Assembly (NCBI RefSeq): GCF_008831285.2
Contig: NC_045138.2
Coordinates: 10,912,001-10,976,000, forward strand
Direction of reading: 5' to 3'
Source: Nymphaea colorata
Taxonomy: Eukaryota
DNA: 64,000 nucleotides
The notes below the pieces were generated by a model. That model saw only the letters and a program-made list of their open reading frames with translations. It did not search any database and was not told the DNA's origin. How positions within the stretch are numbered: position 1 is the first letter of the stretch; the number at the start of each line of letters is the position of its first letter. Shown piece after piece: positions 37,200 to 50,449 of this stretch. A program made the translations under genes and the position numbers.

Positions 37200-39515
37200 T
37201 TCAAACAAAGTATGGTAGGCTTTTTGAGACTTCATAATAGAGAGTAGAAAGTCAATATGCAAATATATCTTAAGTGTAAGGGAAACCTAGCATAAAAGGT
37301 TGTTGGGTGCCTCACCTGGAGTGTAGGTGAGCCTTGTGGACCAACATGAATAATTATACGTCTTATACATAAGGGGACTTTGAGGGTTCAATTGTCATTT
37401 ATATTGGGTATGTGTCTGCTTAGCTAGCCAATGGTTTCTAGACTTAAAAACTCAAACCTTACTCTCCTATGGGTCATGGATGCTTAGGGCATCTATGGTT
37501 CAAAAATGGGAGAATCCGCATGAAACATAGCTGGATTGTCAAGATAAAGTTAATTGAAAAAGTCTAAACATGTTAGAACTTTGGTAGTTTTATTAACAGA
37601 CAGGTTGAATTGGTAATCATCACGCAAAGATGGGTCTTTACTGATGCAACAAACCCCCATAGGGTTTGACCGAGAGGAGCAGAGACTTGTCTATGTAATT
37701 ATGTTATTTGCCTTTCAAGCAGTCTCTTTTCCTTGTCCAAGACTTTCTATTTTACCAACCAAGATAAATTTCTTACCAACCCATGCAGGGTTTTGAGTCT
37801 GGACCAGACTTGAGAATGAATCTATGTATATGTATGGAAGGCTGGTTTAGGCCACTCAATTGTTTGAGTGCAGTGGTGGTTGGTTGCGATGAGACAAGGG
37901 TAGAATGCCTGGTCAAAAGTCTAGCAGATAGTTGGCATGTTCATTTTTGGCTCCCGAGCGAGAAATAGGCAATCCACCTATTGTAACTTTGCATACGGTC
38001 CATTTGGCATTTCCGCACCCTCAAAGACATGGCCGTCCATGTCCAGGCCGCTTTCATTAAATGCTTCTAGGCTTGCATAGAAACTTCTATTTGAGATAAA
38101 TTCCCAATCTAGAGCTAAAAAAAAGTCCTCGGTAGTTTCTTGTCCACCATTAATGTGAGTTAAAATGTAAATGCAAACCATTTAAGTAATATTTTTACTA
38201 ACATTTTTGTGTACATGCTGGTAAAAGTGATGTGATAAGCATGCCAAAATATAATGAAAAGGGCATTACTAAAAGTTGGTACATACATCGTATATTCAAC
38301 TTTTATGAATGCGATAACTTGTCACGAAAGATTATTACCGACACATAGTATTACTAATGTGTCCTTTTATGTCTCTAAAGATTAAGTATTATTGATGCAT
38401 TTTTTCATGCCAGTAAAAATTATTTTTCATTGATGCACTAGTTTGCACTATTAAAGGATAATATTGTATATTACATAATCCTAAAATTGGGAATATACAA
38501 TAAACATTTAAAAAAGAATGTCTGCACATCTAGAGACATCATGCCACCTCTAGTTGTCAGTATTCCTTTAGCAACATGCATGCACTTGGCATCATGCATA
38601 CATGCGAAAACCATGAATAAACTTGAAGTTGATAGTACAAACATGAGCAAGTACCAAATAGCTGCACAAGTCCTTAAAAAACCTTATGTGCACTAGGATA
38701 AATTCACAAGCAATGACATGAGATTATAAGAATCATCTCATTGTTTGTATTACAACAAAAACATCAGGGGAACAGTTTTCCTACTTCAAAATATCCAAAA
38801 AGTGTCTCCATTGTTTGAAAAGATGAAAAAGTCATTGTTATTTAAAAAACATAATATCAAATGTGTAGGACAATAAAAAGAATTTGTTAGCATCTATTCC
38901 ATATTTGAAAGGGTCAAAGAATGATGGTCCAGAAAACACCATGATGACGCTGAAATTTTTTTCATCTGATAGGGAGGGTTATCCTTTCAATAGATAGAGC
39001 TAAACAAAAGTTATTTCAACCCTTTTTTTTCGAAAATTTCTGATTCCGCTACCATGCAATAGTCTTAACACAAGTATGAAAGACCTACCGTTATTGTTCA
39101 ACCAAAGTAAGGCCTGTTGAGACTTCAGTAATAGAAATTGGAAAGTCAATTATGCTAATATATATTTTTTTCAAGGGAAACCTAGCTTGAAAGATTGTTG
39201 AGTGCTTACCCATGAAAGCAGTGTAGGTGTGGCTTGTGCACCACCATCAAATCATTGTGTCATATATATAAAGGGGCTTTGAGAGTTCAATTATCATTTA
39301 AATTGAGTTATGTGTTGCTTTGGCCATTAGTGTTCAGTTTTGAAAATTCAAGCAAAAATCTACTATGGGTTGTAGATGGTTAGGGCCTCTTTAGTTTGAG
39401 TGAAAAAGGATCCACATGATGCATAATTGAATTGTCAAGATAAAGTTAGTTGAAAAGTCTAAACATGTGTGCATGTTGGTAGTTTTATTGATGGACTTAT
39501 CGAATTGTCAATCAT
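37200..39515. repeat. Diverged dispersed direct repeat of ~420 bp (37200-37620 and 39098-39515)
   Basis: Shared blocks TTGAGACTTCA, AAGGGAAACCTAGC, TTTGAG(G/A)GTTCAATT and ATTGTCAAGATAAAGTTA..AAAAGTCTAAACATGT at a ~1.9-kb offset. Confidence 0.7.
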
Positions 39516-40229
39516 GCCTTAGGGAAAAGTATTATGCTCATGATTGTACAATATTTTCCCTTTTTAGTATGCAATGAATTTAATTCATGTACAATTTGCA
39601 TAAATAATTTTGTTGCAATCTATTTTTCAAAAATAAGGTATGTTTTTAGGTTCCAAAGTGGCCAATAGGTTTTGCTCGATGAATTAGAGAATGCCAAGAT
39701 CTAACTAACGGCTATGATCGAAAGTATGATGTTGAAATTCGGGCATGAGAAGATGATTGAGTGTGCCACAAGGATAATGTTCTTCACTAATGAAATAAAG
39801 ACAAGTTAATTTGATTCTAGAAATGGATATGAGGGCCTAACAAGAGGTATGGGTCATGAGGAGGAATTAATTGTTATTTAAAATGAATAAAAAATATAAT
39901 TGAACACATGTTGAGCAATTTACATATCAAGCGGGCTACATAAGAAGGTTGTAGTACTATTGAAAATAAAGTAGCGACATCCTAAAACAGTAAAATGTAC
40001 TTGAAAATTTAAAGTGGTAACTGAAGAAAAGTACTCTTACAGCTGCCACCCACAATGTCATTTGCAAGCCAAAGTTGTGAACAAAGGCTGAACACATTTA
40101 TGCCCTAGGTGAATCGAAAAAACCTTGTTCATGAAGGTTTTGCTTTTATTAATAATTGCATAAGAAAGGATCACCAAACCCAAAATTTATATCAATTACT
40201 ACATTCAAATATGGTACTTGGAAAGCTTC

Positions 40230-40755
40230 TGAGGATTGGACTTGAGTCCACACTTACTAAGAAATAGTTGTGCTACTATTTACATTTAAGACCCTCTCTT
40301 AGATGATTAGTGCCCCTACCTTCAAACTGGTACACTGTCTTTAAGGTGTAAATGATGGGAACCATTGCTAAAGTTGTTGGGCATCTTCTCTGGTTGGTGC
40401 AGGGGCATTAAGGCTTTGCCAAGATGAAGAAGTTCCAAAACCCTATCCCACCTAAGGAGCTGAACCGCTATTTCATCCAATTGTTGCACATTGGGATGGA
40501 ACTGCCTCGACTTTGCGGGAACCCTGCTACACACAATCTGAAATAGGGAAACCCCTATAGATTAGTGTGTGGTGGTATTATAGGCAAATACAGGCGAGTA
40601 TAGTTAATCAATCCAGTTGACATTTTGGGTAACATCTTAAATAAGCCTGCAACACTCTATTTGCCACTTTAGCTTGCCCATCCGGCTGAGGATGATAGAT
40701 AGTGCTCATGTGGCATTTAGTTCCCAGGACATAAAGTAAAATTGCCAAAAATTGC
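40230..40755 (-). pseudogene. Ty3/Gypsy integrase remnant
   Basis: The - strand reads LGTKCHMSTIYHPQPDGQAKVANRVLQAYLRCY, then after a frameshift AYNTTTH*SIGVSLFQIVCSR. These match the integrase core motifs HPQTDGQTEVVNR.LE.YLRC and YNT..H.SIG.SPF. Confidence 0.75.
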
Positions 40756-40759
40756 TTAA

Positions 40760-43730
40760 AACTAAATTATCATAATCATTACAATAGACATCAATCTTCT
40801 CAACTACAGTGGAGCAAATGAAGGGCGTAAAGCTTGTTTGTATCATTACATACTTGTAATTCTAATCATTTAAATAAATCTTTATAAATGCAATCACAAT
40901 TTAAAGTTATTAATGGCCTAAAATTATGCAAATAAACCTAAATCTCGTTCATGTCATTTCTTACATTAAACTTTTGTATATGTAATCATGTATTTGCAAT
41001 TACAATCAATCAAATGAATCTCTATGGTTGCAATTACAAGTTAAAATCTCATTTGATGATTTAAAATTACCCAAATGAAGGACTTAAATCTCATTTGTGT
41101 CACTATGTACTTGTGATTCTAATCATTAAAATGAATTTTGATGTGTATAATTACGAGTTATTCTCATTAGGTAAACTACAATTGTGCAAATGAAAGACCT
41201 AAGTCTCATTTGCATTATTATGTACTTATGACTACAATTATTTAATGAATCTCTCTAGATGCCATTATAAGTTAATCTTATTATATGATCTAAAATTGTG
41301 CAAATGAATGGCCTAAACCTCATTTGTATCATTTTGTACTTGTGATTCTAATAATTTAAATAAAAGTATATAAATCTAATAACAAGTTATTCTCATTAGT
41401 TGAGCCACAAGTATGCAAATAAAGGACCTGAATCTCATTTGCATTTTACAAATCCTCATAGATGTAATTACTAGTTAATCTTGTTAGTTGAATTACACTT
41501 ATGCAAATGAATGAGCCAGGCTTTATTCATTTCATTACTTAATTGTGATTCTAATAATTTAAATGAATCAATATTAAAGGCTATTACAACTAATTTCATT
41601 AGATAAACTACAATTGTGAAAATAACAGACGTAAATCATGTTTATATCACTACGTACTTATGATTATAATTATTCAAATGTATCTTTATATATGTAGTTA
41701 GAAGCTAAACTCTTGCATGAACAATAATTGCAATATGAAGGATATAAATATTGTTTGTATGCTTTTGTATAATTTAAATGAATCTTTATGCATATAATTA
41801 TAAGTTGAACTTATTGAATGAACAACAATTCCACAAATAAAAGACCTAAATTTAGTTCATACGATTATTTACTTGTGATTTTAATCATTCAAATGATACT
41901 TTATAAATGTAATTACAAGTTAATTGCATTAGATGATCTAAAATTAAAACAAATGAATGACCCAAGTTTCATTCATTTCTTTACATACTCATGTTTATAA
42001 TAATTTAATATATGTAATTACAAGTTAAATTCATTAAATGAACTACACTTATGCAAATGAAGGTCCTACATTCATTCATTTCATTATGTACTTATAATTA
42101 TAAACATTTAAATGAGTGTCTGTGCATGTCATTACAAGTTAATCTCATTAGACAAACTAAAACAGATCAAATAAAAGCTAAATCTCATTCATATCATTAC
42201 ATACTTATCATTACAATAAATCAAATGAATCTATAAAGACATAAAATTACATGTTAATCTCATTAGACATTAATTTCTTTAGATGATCCCAAATTATGCA
42301 AATGGAGGACCTATATCTCATTCCTATCGTTACATACTTGTGATTATGATGATTTAAATGAATCTCCATTAGTGTAGTTCTGAGTTAAACTCATTGGATG
42401 AACTATAATAAATAAAAGACATCAATCTTATCTATTTACTTATGTACTTGTTGTTATGATCATTTAAATGAATTTCTGTAGTTGTAATTACTAGTTAAAC
42501 TCATTGGATGAACTATAATTGTAGAAATGAAGGACCTAAATTTTGTTCAATACCATTACATACTTGTGTCTATAATAATTTAAATGAATCTTGATAAATA
42601 TAATTATCAGTAATATCATTAGATGACTTAAAATTATACAAATGAAGGGCTTAAATCTCATCTGTTCCATTACATACTTGTAGCTAAAAGCATTCTATAG
42701 ATATAATTACAAATTCAACTCATTAGATGAATTACAATTGTGCTAATAAAGGACATAAGGACCTAAATTTTATTCATTTCATTATGTACTTGTGATTTTA
42801 ATAATTTAAATGAATCTCTCTGGGTGTCATTACAAGTTAATCTCATTAGATTAACTATGATGAAGCAAATTAAGGACCTAAATCTAGTATGTATCATTAT
42901 GTACTTGTGATTCTAATAATTTAAATCAGTCTCTATAAATGTAATTACAAGTTAAAAATCATTAATGACAAAATTATACAAATGAAGATTGTAAGTTTCA
43001 TTTGTAAGATTTTGTATTTGTGATTCTAATCATTTAAATGAATCACTATGGATGTAATTACAGATTAATCTCATTAAACGAACTACAATAGAGCAACTGA
43101 AAGATGTAATCTTTTTCGTATAATTATGTAGTTGTGATTACAATCATTTAAATAAATATTTAAAATTATGATTATAAGTTAAACTCATTGGATGAACTAA
43201 AATTGTGTAATTAAAAGACCTAAATCTCATTCATTATGTGCTTGTGAATACTATAAAAAAAATGATTATCTCTAGATGTAATTACAAGTTAATTTCATTA
43301 GATGATTTAAAATTATGCAAATGAAGGATATAAATCTCGTTCATATCATTTTGTTGATCTCATTTATGTAAATGAATGAGCTAAATCTTGTTTATATCAT
43401 TACATACTTGTGATTAGAATGTTTTAATGATGTTTATGAATGTGATTACAAGTTGAACTCGTTAATAGTTCAAATGAATAACCTAGTTCCTGTTTATTTC
43501 ATTGCATACTTGTGATTGCAATAGCTTAATGCATATTGATGAATGCAATTACTAGTTGAACTAATTGGGTGAAGTACAATTGTGCAAATAAATGACCTAA
43601 GTATCGTTCATATCATTAATAATTTAAATGAATTTTTATGGATGTCTTTACAAGTTCATCTCATTGGACGAAATACAATGGTGATTATGAAGGATCTAAA
43701 GCTCATTTATTTCATTACGTACTTGTCTTT
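40760..43730 (+). repeat. ~115-bp satellite array, forward orientation (~26 diverged copies)
   Basis: Consensus by eye: ACTTGTGATTATAATCATTTAAATGAATCTCTATAGATGTAATTACAAGTTAATCTCATTAGATGAACTACAATTGTGCAAATGAAGGACCTAAATCTCATTCATATCATTACGT. Confidence 0.9.
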
Positions 43731-43735
43731 ACAAC

Positions 43736-43865
43736 TTAACTTGTAATTACATTATTGAGATTCATTTAAAGTGATTATAATTACAAATATGTAATAAATT
43801 GAATGAAATTTATTTCTATCATTTGCAAAATTTTAAATCATCTAATGAGATTATTTGTAATGACA
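43736..43865 (-). repeat. One inverted copy of the 115-bp satellite
   Basis: TAACTTGTAATTACAT..GAGATTCATTTAAA..CATTTGCA..CATCTAATGAGATT is the reverse complement of the consensus. Confidence 0.8.
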
Positions 43866-46779
43866 TGGCAAACACCCTAGTAATTTCATATGGCCAACTT
43901 ACCATTGAATCATTTGCTATGCTTTTGAAACAGAGTCTAAAAGCATTTCAAAACTCAAGGGTCTTTTCACTAGAATAAATTTTGAACCTATTTAGTTTCC
44001 AAACACCTATAGTCTAGGAGAACTAGAATGAAATACGGTTACTGCCATCCTATCAAATGACCATTTTGATCTTGAACTTTAGAAATCTTCATTAACTCTA
44101 CCGATGATATAGAACAAACTCAAATGCCTTAATTCTTAGCTCAACAAGTCTAACTAAGTAATTAGAATCAGCTCACCAGCCTTTTGTTCAGCTCAAGTAA
44201 GCTCACCCAACTCAAGTAAGGTCATTGGAACTTAAAGCTCTAAATTTTTAGCTCAACCATACATCCTTAAACTCAATAAAGCTCGAGATAGGTTTTGCTA
44301 AGTAGAAAGGTATTATTTCATTTACTTTGAGTTACAAATCCCAGATTTCATTTCTAGGATAACTTACATATTTCTGATATGCACTCTCTCTCCAATTTAG
44401 TAGGATCTAGACTCAATTTCAGCTCAACCGAGTAGAGCGAACTTGAACAAAGCTAGTTTCATGTTCATCATGTTTAAACCCACCCTTCATAGTTTAGTTT
44501 GAGTTTATTCATCCTAATTTGAGTTCAATTCACTTTCCTAGGTTTCTAGAACTTACTTCTTTCTCTCTTCTCACTCTATTTTTATATTTTAAGCTAAATT
44601 TTAACTTAACTAGATGGAGTTAGGTTGAACCAAGTTGGGGTCACGTTTTTCTTGTTTAAACCCATCTTCCCCGAGTTCAGTTTGAGTTCACTCATTAAAA
44701 ATTGAGTTCACTTCAGTTTTAGAGGTCTTGGAACCCACTACCTTTCTTGTTTTTCAAGGGAGTCGAATTTGAGTTTAACCCAATGGAGTAAGTTGAAAAC
44801 GAGCTAGGATCATGTATAAATTTAACTTCCCTCAATTTGCTTTGAGTTTATTCATCTCGATTTGCGTTCAATTTAGTTCCCAAGATTTTAGAACTCATTC
44901 ATGCTACTTGCTACACTCTATAATCGCTGTCAAGATCATTTCAGCCAAATCAAATAAAACATTTCTGATCACTTAGGAAATTTGTATTGGTAAGTAGCTG
45001 ATCTAAGCACTTTTAGCCACATTAATGAAAATTGCAATGACAAAATAGTTTTTCAAATCCTCCCCAATTTCCCTTTATAATTTGGGACTTTGAGTCATGT
45101 CTGGTTAGAAAAATTGATTTTTCAAACAAAACGGGACCCATTTTTCAAACAATCACAGGATGATTTAGTCAAACTGACTAAACTCACTAGAGTTGTAGGA
45201 ATATATACAAGGGGTAAAACAATTATTTCTTTTTTACCACATTCTCATACATAAACTTAGGATATGTGCTCCATAGAACTAATTTTATGTCTTTCTTTTA
45301 TTCTAGAGCTTTAGCGCAAGTCAAATCCATTATTTATACTTATTTAAATTTGAAACTTACACCCAAGGGTAAACTATCATTTTCTTCTTTTCGACATAAA
45401 CCTAGACTGTATGTTTTATACCTAAGTTCATCAAGTTCATCATTTTTCAGAACTCTAGAGCTCCAATTTGAAATTCCTTTATCACATCAAATGCATATCA
45501 AGTGATTTAGATCTACAACTAAGGGCAAAATTGTCATTTTATTTCAAATGATATTCTCCTCAACTTGGGATTATATGTTACATATGCTTAAGTTCATCAT
45601 ATTTTAGATCTTTCAAGCCTCAATTCCAATATCTTTATCCATAGTTTAGATCCAAGATCTGTTTTATTTATATCCAAATCTCTTTTTCTAAATTTTAGGT
45701 TTCAGTATCTGATCTTGATCCAGATCATAAAGCCATATTCAGATCCATTTTCTAGATCTTTCATTGGGTTCAGATTTTGATATGAATCTCAGGATTATGT
45801 CCAAATATATTTTCTAGAACTTTCTCTGTAATTATAACTAGATCTGAATATTAGAACCATGTCCAAACATAACATTATGCATAAATGTACATATATGCAA
45901 TACATTTCGTGCTTAATTTCATGCAATATGGCAGATGTCAATCCCAATAAATGTTCATAGATTGCGCAAATTTCTATTTTGCGTAATTTGTCAGACAAAA
46001 TCAAAGTCAGTGTTCGTATGACTCCAAAAGAAACATTTTTTCTGTTTTGACCTCAAGTATAATGCAATATTTTAATTTTTATCATTTGGCTTGCTTAGGG
46101 GCTCTTCACCCAAAGAAGTTTAGGCATGTATCTAAAGTTGGAGAGAAGTCTCCCACTTCTTGGGGGAGGGGTTTCTAACAAAAAAATTCCAAGGCAAGCA
46201 TGACCAAAAGTTTGGAAATTCCTAACAAGTGCTTTCAAAAGGCTATACCTTGGTGAAAATGACATAGCTAAAGATTTCTGTCATTTTAGGTCCTAGTCTA
46301 ATTTATGTTTCCAGTGCAATTATCGGCAGCATCAAGCCAGACTTCCAAGGCTTAGTCTGTGAGACTAGGTCATGCTCAACAAGGGAGGCAGGCCAACGGC
46401 CGACCAGTTTAGGTAATTTTTGTTTTTTATCTTTTCTTCCTTATTTCCTCTTTAGATGTTTTTCATTTCTACTTTTTAAGCATGCCTTAGGTAATTATTT
46501 TTGCTTTATTAGTTCCACTATATTTAGAATAGGATATGGAGGTCAGGCATACCTCCCTCTTCTTTCTTTTTTTCATTTCAGTTCTTTAATTTATTATTTT
46601 TTGTTTTTTTAGAGCATCATGACATTTAATTTCTCTTCTTTAATTGTTTTGATTAGGCATGCATATACATACGTTTTACACTATGCATTGTGGTCAACAT
46701 GAATACCGTGCACAACATTGCCTAGCCAGGAATTAAATGGAATAGGATTGACCCCGTCTTTGATGAAAATCTGGTCACA
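43866..46779. mobile_element. ~2.9-kb non-coding insertion, possibly a solo LTR, interrupting the inverted satellite
   Basis: Begins TGGCAAACACCC and ends GGTCACA, with internal ~180-190-bp degenerate repeats (44410-44900) and no coding motifs. The flanks TGACA/TGAAA are only an imperfect TSD candidate. Confidence 0.35.
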
Positions 46780-46784
46780 TGAAA

Positions 46785-47755
46785 TTAATAACATTTAAGT
46801 TTTTTATTTGCATTAATTATCATTCACCTAATGATTTTAACTTGTAGTTATATCTATAGAGGTTCATTTGAATTATTAGAATCACAAGTACAAAATAATA
46901 TGAAAAAGATTTGGGCCTTTTCATCTGCTCTATTGTAATTTGTTTAATGAAATTAACTTACAATGACATCTTGATTTATTTAAATGATCAGGATTAGAAG
47001 TACAAATGATACAAATAAGATTTAGATCCTTTATTTTAATAATTTAGAGCATCTAATGATATTAACTTGTAATGACATCTATAGAGATTCATCTAAATGA
47101 TTGTAACTATAAGTATGTACTGATATTAACGCAATTTAATTCTTTCATTTATACAACTACAACTCTACCAAAATAATTATTATTGTCATAAGAACATTAT
47201 GAAATGAATGAGATTTAGATCTTTCATTTGCCTAATTGTAGTTCAACAAATAAGTTAAACTTCCAATTACACATATAGAGATTCATTTAGACATTATAAT
47301 TATAAATATAAAATGATACAAATGAGATTTAGATACTTCATTTTTACAATTATAATTCATCCAGTGACTTTACCTTGTAAGTACATCTGTAGAGATTTGT
47401 TCGATTGATTGCAATTACAAATATGTAATAATAAAAATGAGATTTAGGCCCTTTATTTGCATAATTGTAACTCATACAATGAGGTTAACTAGTAATTATT
47501 TATAGAAATTTATTTAAGTAATTATAATCAAAAGTACATGATGATGTAAATGAGAAGTTGGTCCATCTTTTAGTTAATTTTAGATCATCGAATATGAGAT
47601 TAACTGGTCATTACATTCATAGAGATTCATTAACATTTTTATGATAACAAGCATGTATTGAAATGGATAAGATTAAAGGTTTTCATTCATACATCCATAG
47701 AGATTCATTTGATTTATTGTACTTTCAAGTATATAATGAAATGAACGAGATTTAC
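46785..47755 (-). repeat. ~115-bp satellite array, inverted orientation (~8 copies)
   Basis: Repeated ATCTATAGAGATTCAT, AATGAGATTTAG and TTCATTTGC motifs are the reverse complement of the 40760-43730 consensus. Confidence 0.88.
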
Positions 47756-50380
47756 TATTTTGACATTTTTTACATTCCTTTTTTGCTATTTTGATTTGGT
47801 GATATCCACTCTTACAATCAAACATAGAAAATATCTTTTGGTTTCTTTTTGAATTAAGGCATCTTTATTTAGTACTGGCTATTCTATGTCTACTATGACA
47901 CTATTTAATGAAGTATAATTTATCACAATGTAGGTTTTTCTTCTCTTGATTTCTAAATGATTTCTCACTATAATCAGGCATAAGCATACTGGGAATTTGA
48001 TTTTTTAATCAACCCATTTTTCTCTAACTCCTTTACTTAAAAAATTATTTCTTTTCTATATGCCTCAAAATATATAATTGGCTTACTTTAAACAGGGACA
48101 TTTTGTACTTTAGTATGCAAGCCATAGGAGAATCTTTACCCTAAATTATAAAGGCTGTTTTACACCGCAAGACTAACATTTCATGACATGAGTGAATTTT
48201 GGCAAACAATCTATTCTTTTCTTGATGGAAGATTGATTGCCTTAGTTGCCTTTATTCTCTATATCTCTTGTTCAAATTCGAAGTCATGCTTCATAATTTC
48301 TAATATTGAAACATCATTCATTATTCCCTTTTCTTTCCTTTGTCCACTTTTGTTCAGCATTCTCTTGATGCTAAGAGTCTTGGTACCAGTTGTTGTTCAT
48401 TTCTTATTTGGAAGACTATGCAATTTCTACAAATTTTACATGGGCCTGTGTCATCTAGTGTGGCTGACCAACATCTTTTATTTTCACAAAAGTTACACTA
48501 ATTATTTTTCTCCTATCTTTAAGTGGTACATCTAGCAGAAAATTATGCAAACTTCTTTCTCCATTCCTGGTTTCTGCTTTCGTTCCTTTTAAACAGTAGT
48601 GGAAATCCTTAATCATTCCCTCTTACAAATATTTATGTTGGATCTAGTGTGAATGAAAGCTTGTCCTTTTCCCATTTTCTTTCTTATCCATGGCAATTTG
48701 CACTAGGATGATAATGCAAATATTTGATGAGGTCATTTTCCTAATTTGCCTTTGTATTCTTTCAAGATATTGTTTGGCATAAAATTCCAGAAGGTTATCG
48801 GATCTGTACCTTTTTCTTGTATGCATGGGTATCTTTTCTAATGCTGCCCATTTCTCCTATTGTCTTGACGTAACTGGAATTTCATCATCTGAATACATCA
48901 GCTTTCCTTCATCTTCTAAATCTAATTGTTTTGGATTGGTTGTACTGCTGGACTAACTATTGCTGCTGTACAAAATTTCATAACGTTTTGATGAAGTTGA
49001 TGAGAAGGCAAATGTATTGCAAAATCTTTCCTCAGATTTTGACTTTAAGTCTATCTTTTCATAATCTTCTTCTTTAGTGTTGGACATCACACATATTCTC
49101 CCTTCTATTTCTTCTGTTTTTTTAATGTTCAACATCTCTTCTTCTTCACTGACTTATACTTGGAAAAAATTTTCCAACAAAAAACCATTCACCAAGTTCT
49201 GTTTCATTTTCAATAATATCCCAAACTTGATTTATATCTATTGTTTCGAACATATTTATTTGTCTCAAAGCCTTACTGGGGATTTTTTTTTTTGCATAAT
49301 TCCCTTATTCTTTGCATGCAAAGCATCTGTCGACTTTCTTTTATCCTCTTCTTCCCTTCCTAAAATGGTTTAATTTTTCCTTGTTTTGTTTAGCTAAACC
49401 ATGCTTAAACTTTTTGGAAGATTATATTCTTTGGCTACTTCTGTCTGGTTATAAATTCCTTTTCCAACTCTAGGTAGATAGTTTTTTTGTTGTAATCCTG
49501 TAACATAATTTTTTTATTTCTTGTCTCACTACCTATTGCAAGTTTACTTGATTTAACTACTAAATCAAAATATTTAGTTGGTGAGTTCATCTAGTACTAT
49601 ATTTCCCAAAGTTTCTAGTAATCAGGCCAAAAAGGTCATGCTTAATGATAGCAATGCATGAGCCTCTAGTTTGTATGCTTTGTTCATTCAAATAATCTTG
49701 GGCATATTGTTTATATTGGCTCAAATCCTTGAGTACTCTTTTAGTAAACATGAGTTAATATGATGACTGATGGGTTAGCAGATTTAGCTTGAACTTTAAA
49801 TTGATTCTCTCTCAATACTGCTAGATCTTTTTGCATGACGACTTGTTTCTCCTCTTTTGGCAAAGATTCTCTACCAGATTAGTGTATATAATAATATTTA
49901 CTTCTGGGGTCATTTTATTTTGGCCTACAACCATATATAAGTGTTGAGCCCATATTCTGATAGTTTCTACAACTTTTGGCTCCACAATGCTTATATTCAA
50001 AATGGATAATTTTGATCCTAGGACACCGCATGTCTTTTAAATTTTGGCCATTTATTCTAGAACAAGTGAATGTATACTTTACCCTTTGTGTCTTCTTCCT
50101 CAAAATTCAGCATAAAATAGAATTCTCTAAGGCTGTTGTCACAGCCTTGCAGCTGCTAGGTTGTTGGTATGGCCATTAAATGAATGAACACTTCCTTCTT
50201 GCCTCATAGAGAGAATCTATAATACTTTTTTCTCTCTTGCCTTAAGTTCTTTTTTGTCTTCTTCTATATAATATCTAATTGCCTCCACATTGGCTTATAC
50301 CACCTGGAGTTTGCTCTTCTATTCTCTTGAAATGTTTCTCAGCATATATACCCTAGTGGATAAGATAATTATGCTACCTC
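47756..50380 (-). mobile_element. Degenerate endogenous caulimovirid (pararetrovirus) segment: coat-protein region with zinc knuckle and RT N-terminal part
   Basis: RT on - (48100-47760): KSKPIIY..VKELEKNGLIKKSNS..IVRNHLEIKRRKTYIVINYTSLN..PVLNKDALIQ..KIFSMFDCKSGYHQIKI, matching caulimovirid V.NH.EIKRGK.RMVINYK.LN and FSKFDCKSGF.QI. Upstream are a zinc knuckle RCFACKE*GNYAK (~49280-49330), a YGC motif (~49930) and Lys-rich segments typical of caulimovirid capsid proteins. Confidence 0.78.
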
Positions 50381-50449
50381 GTATGAGTTTAATTACAGTG
50401 ACAAGTTTTTGTGATTAGAGCCCAATGCAATCATTTAGATGTCTATATG

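Noticed and set aside
38150..38440. CACTA-like subterminal repeats
   Set aside because: No CACTA/TAGTG termini or 3-bp TSD could be identified.
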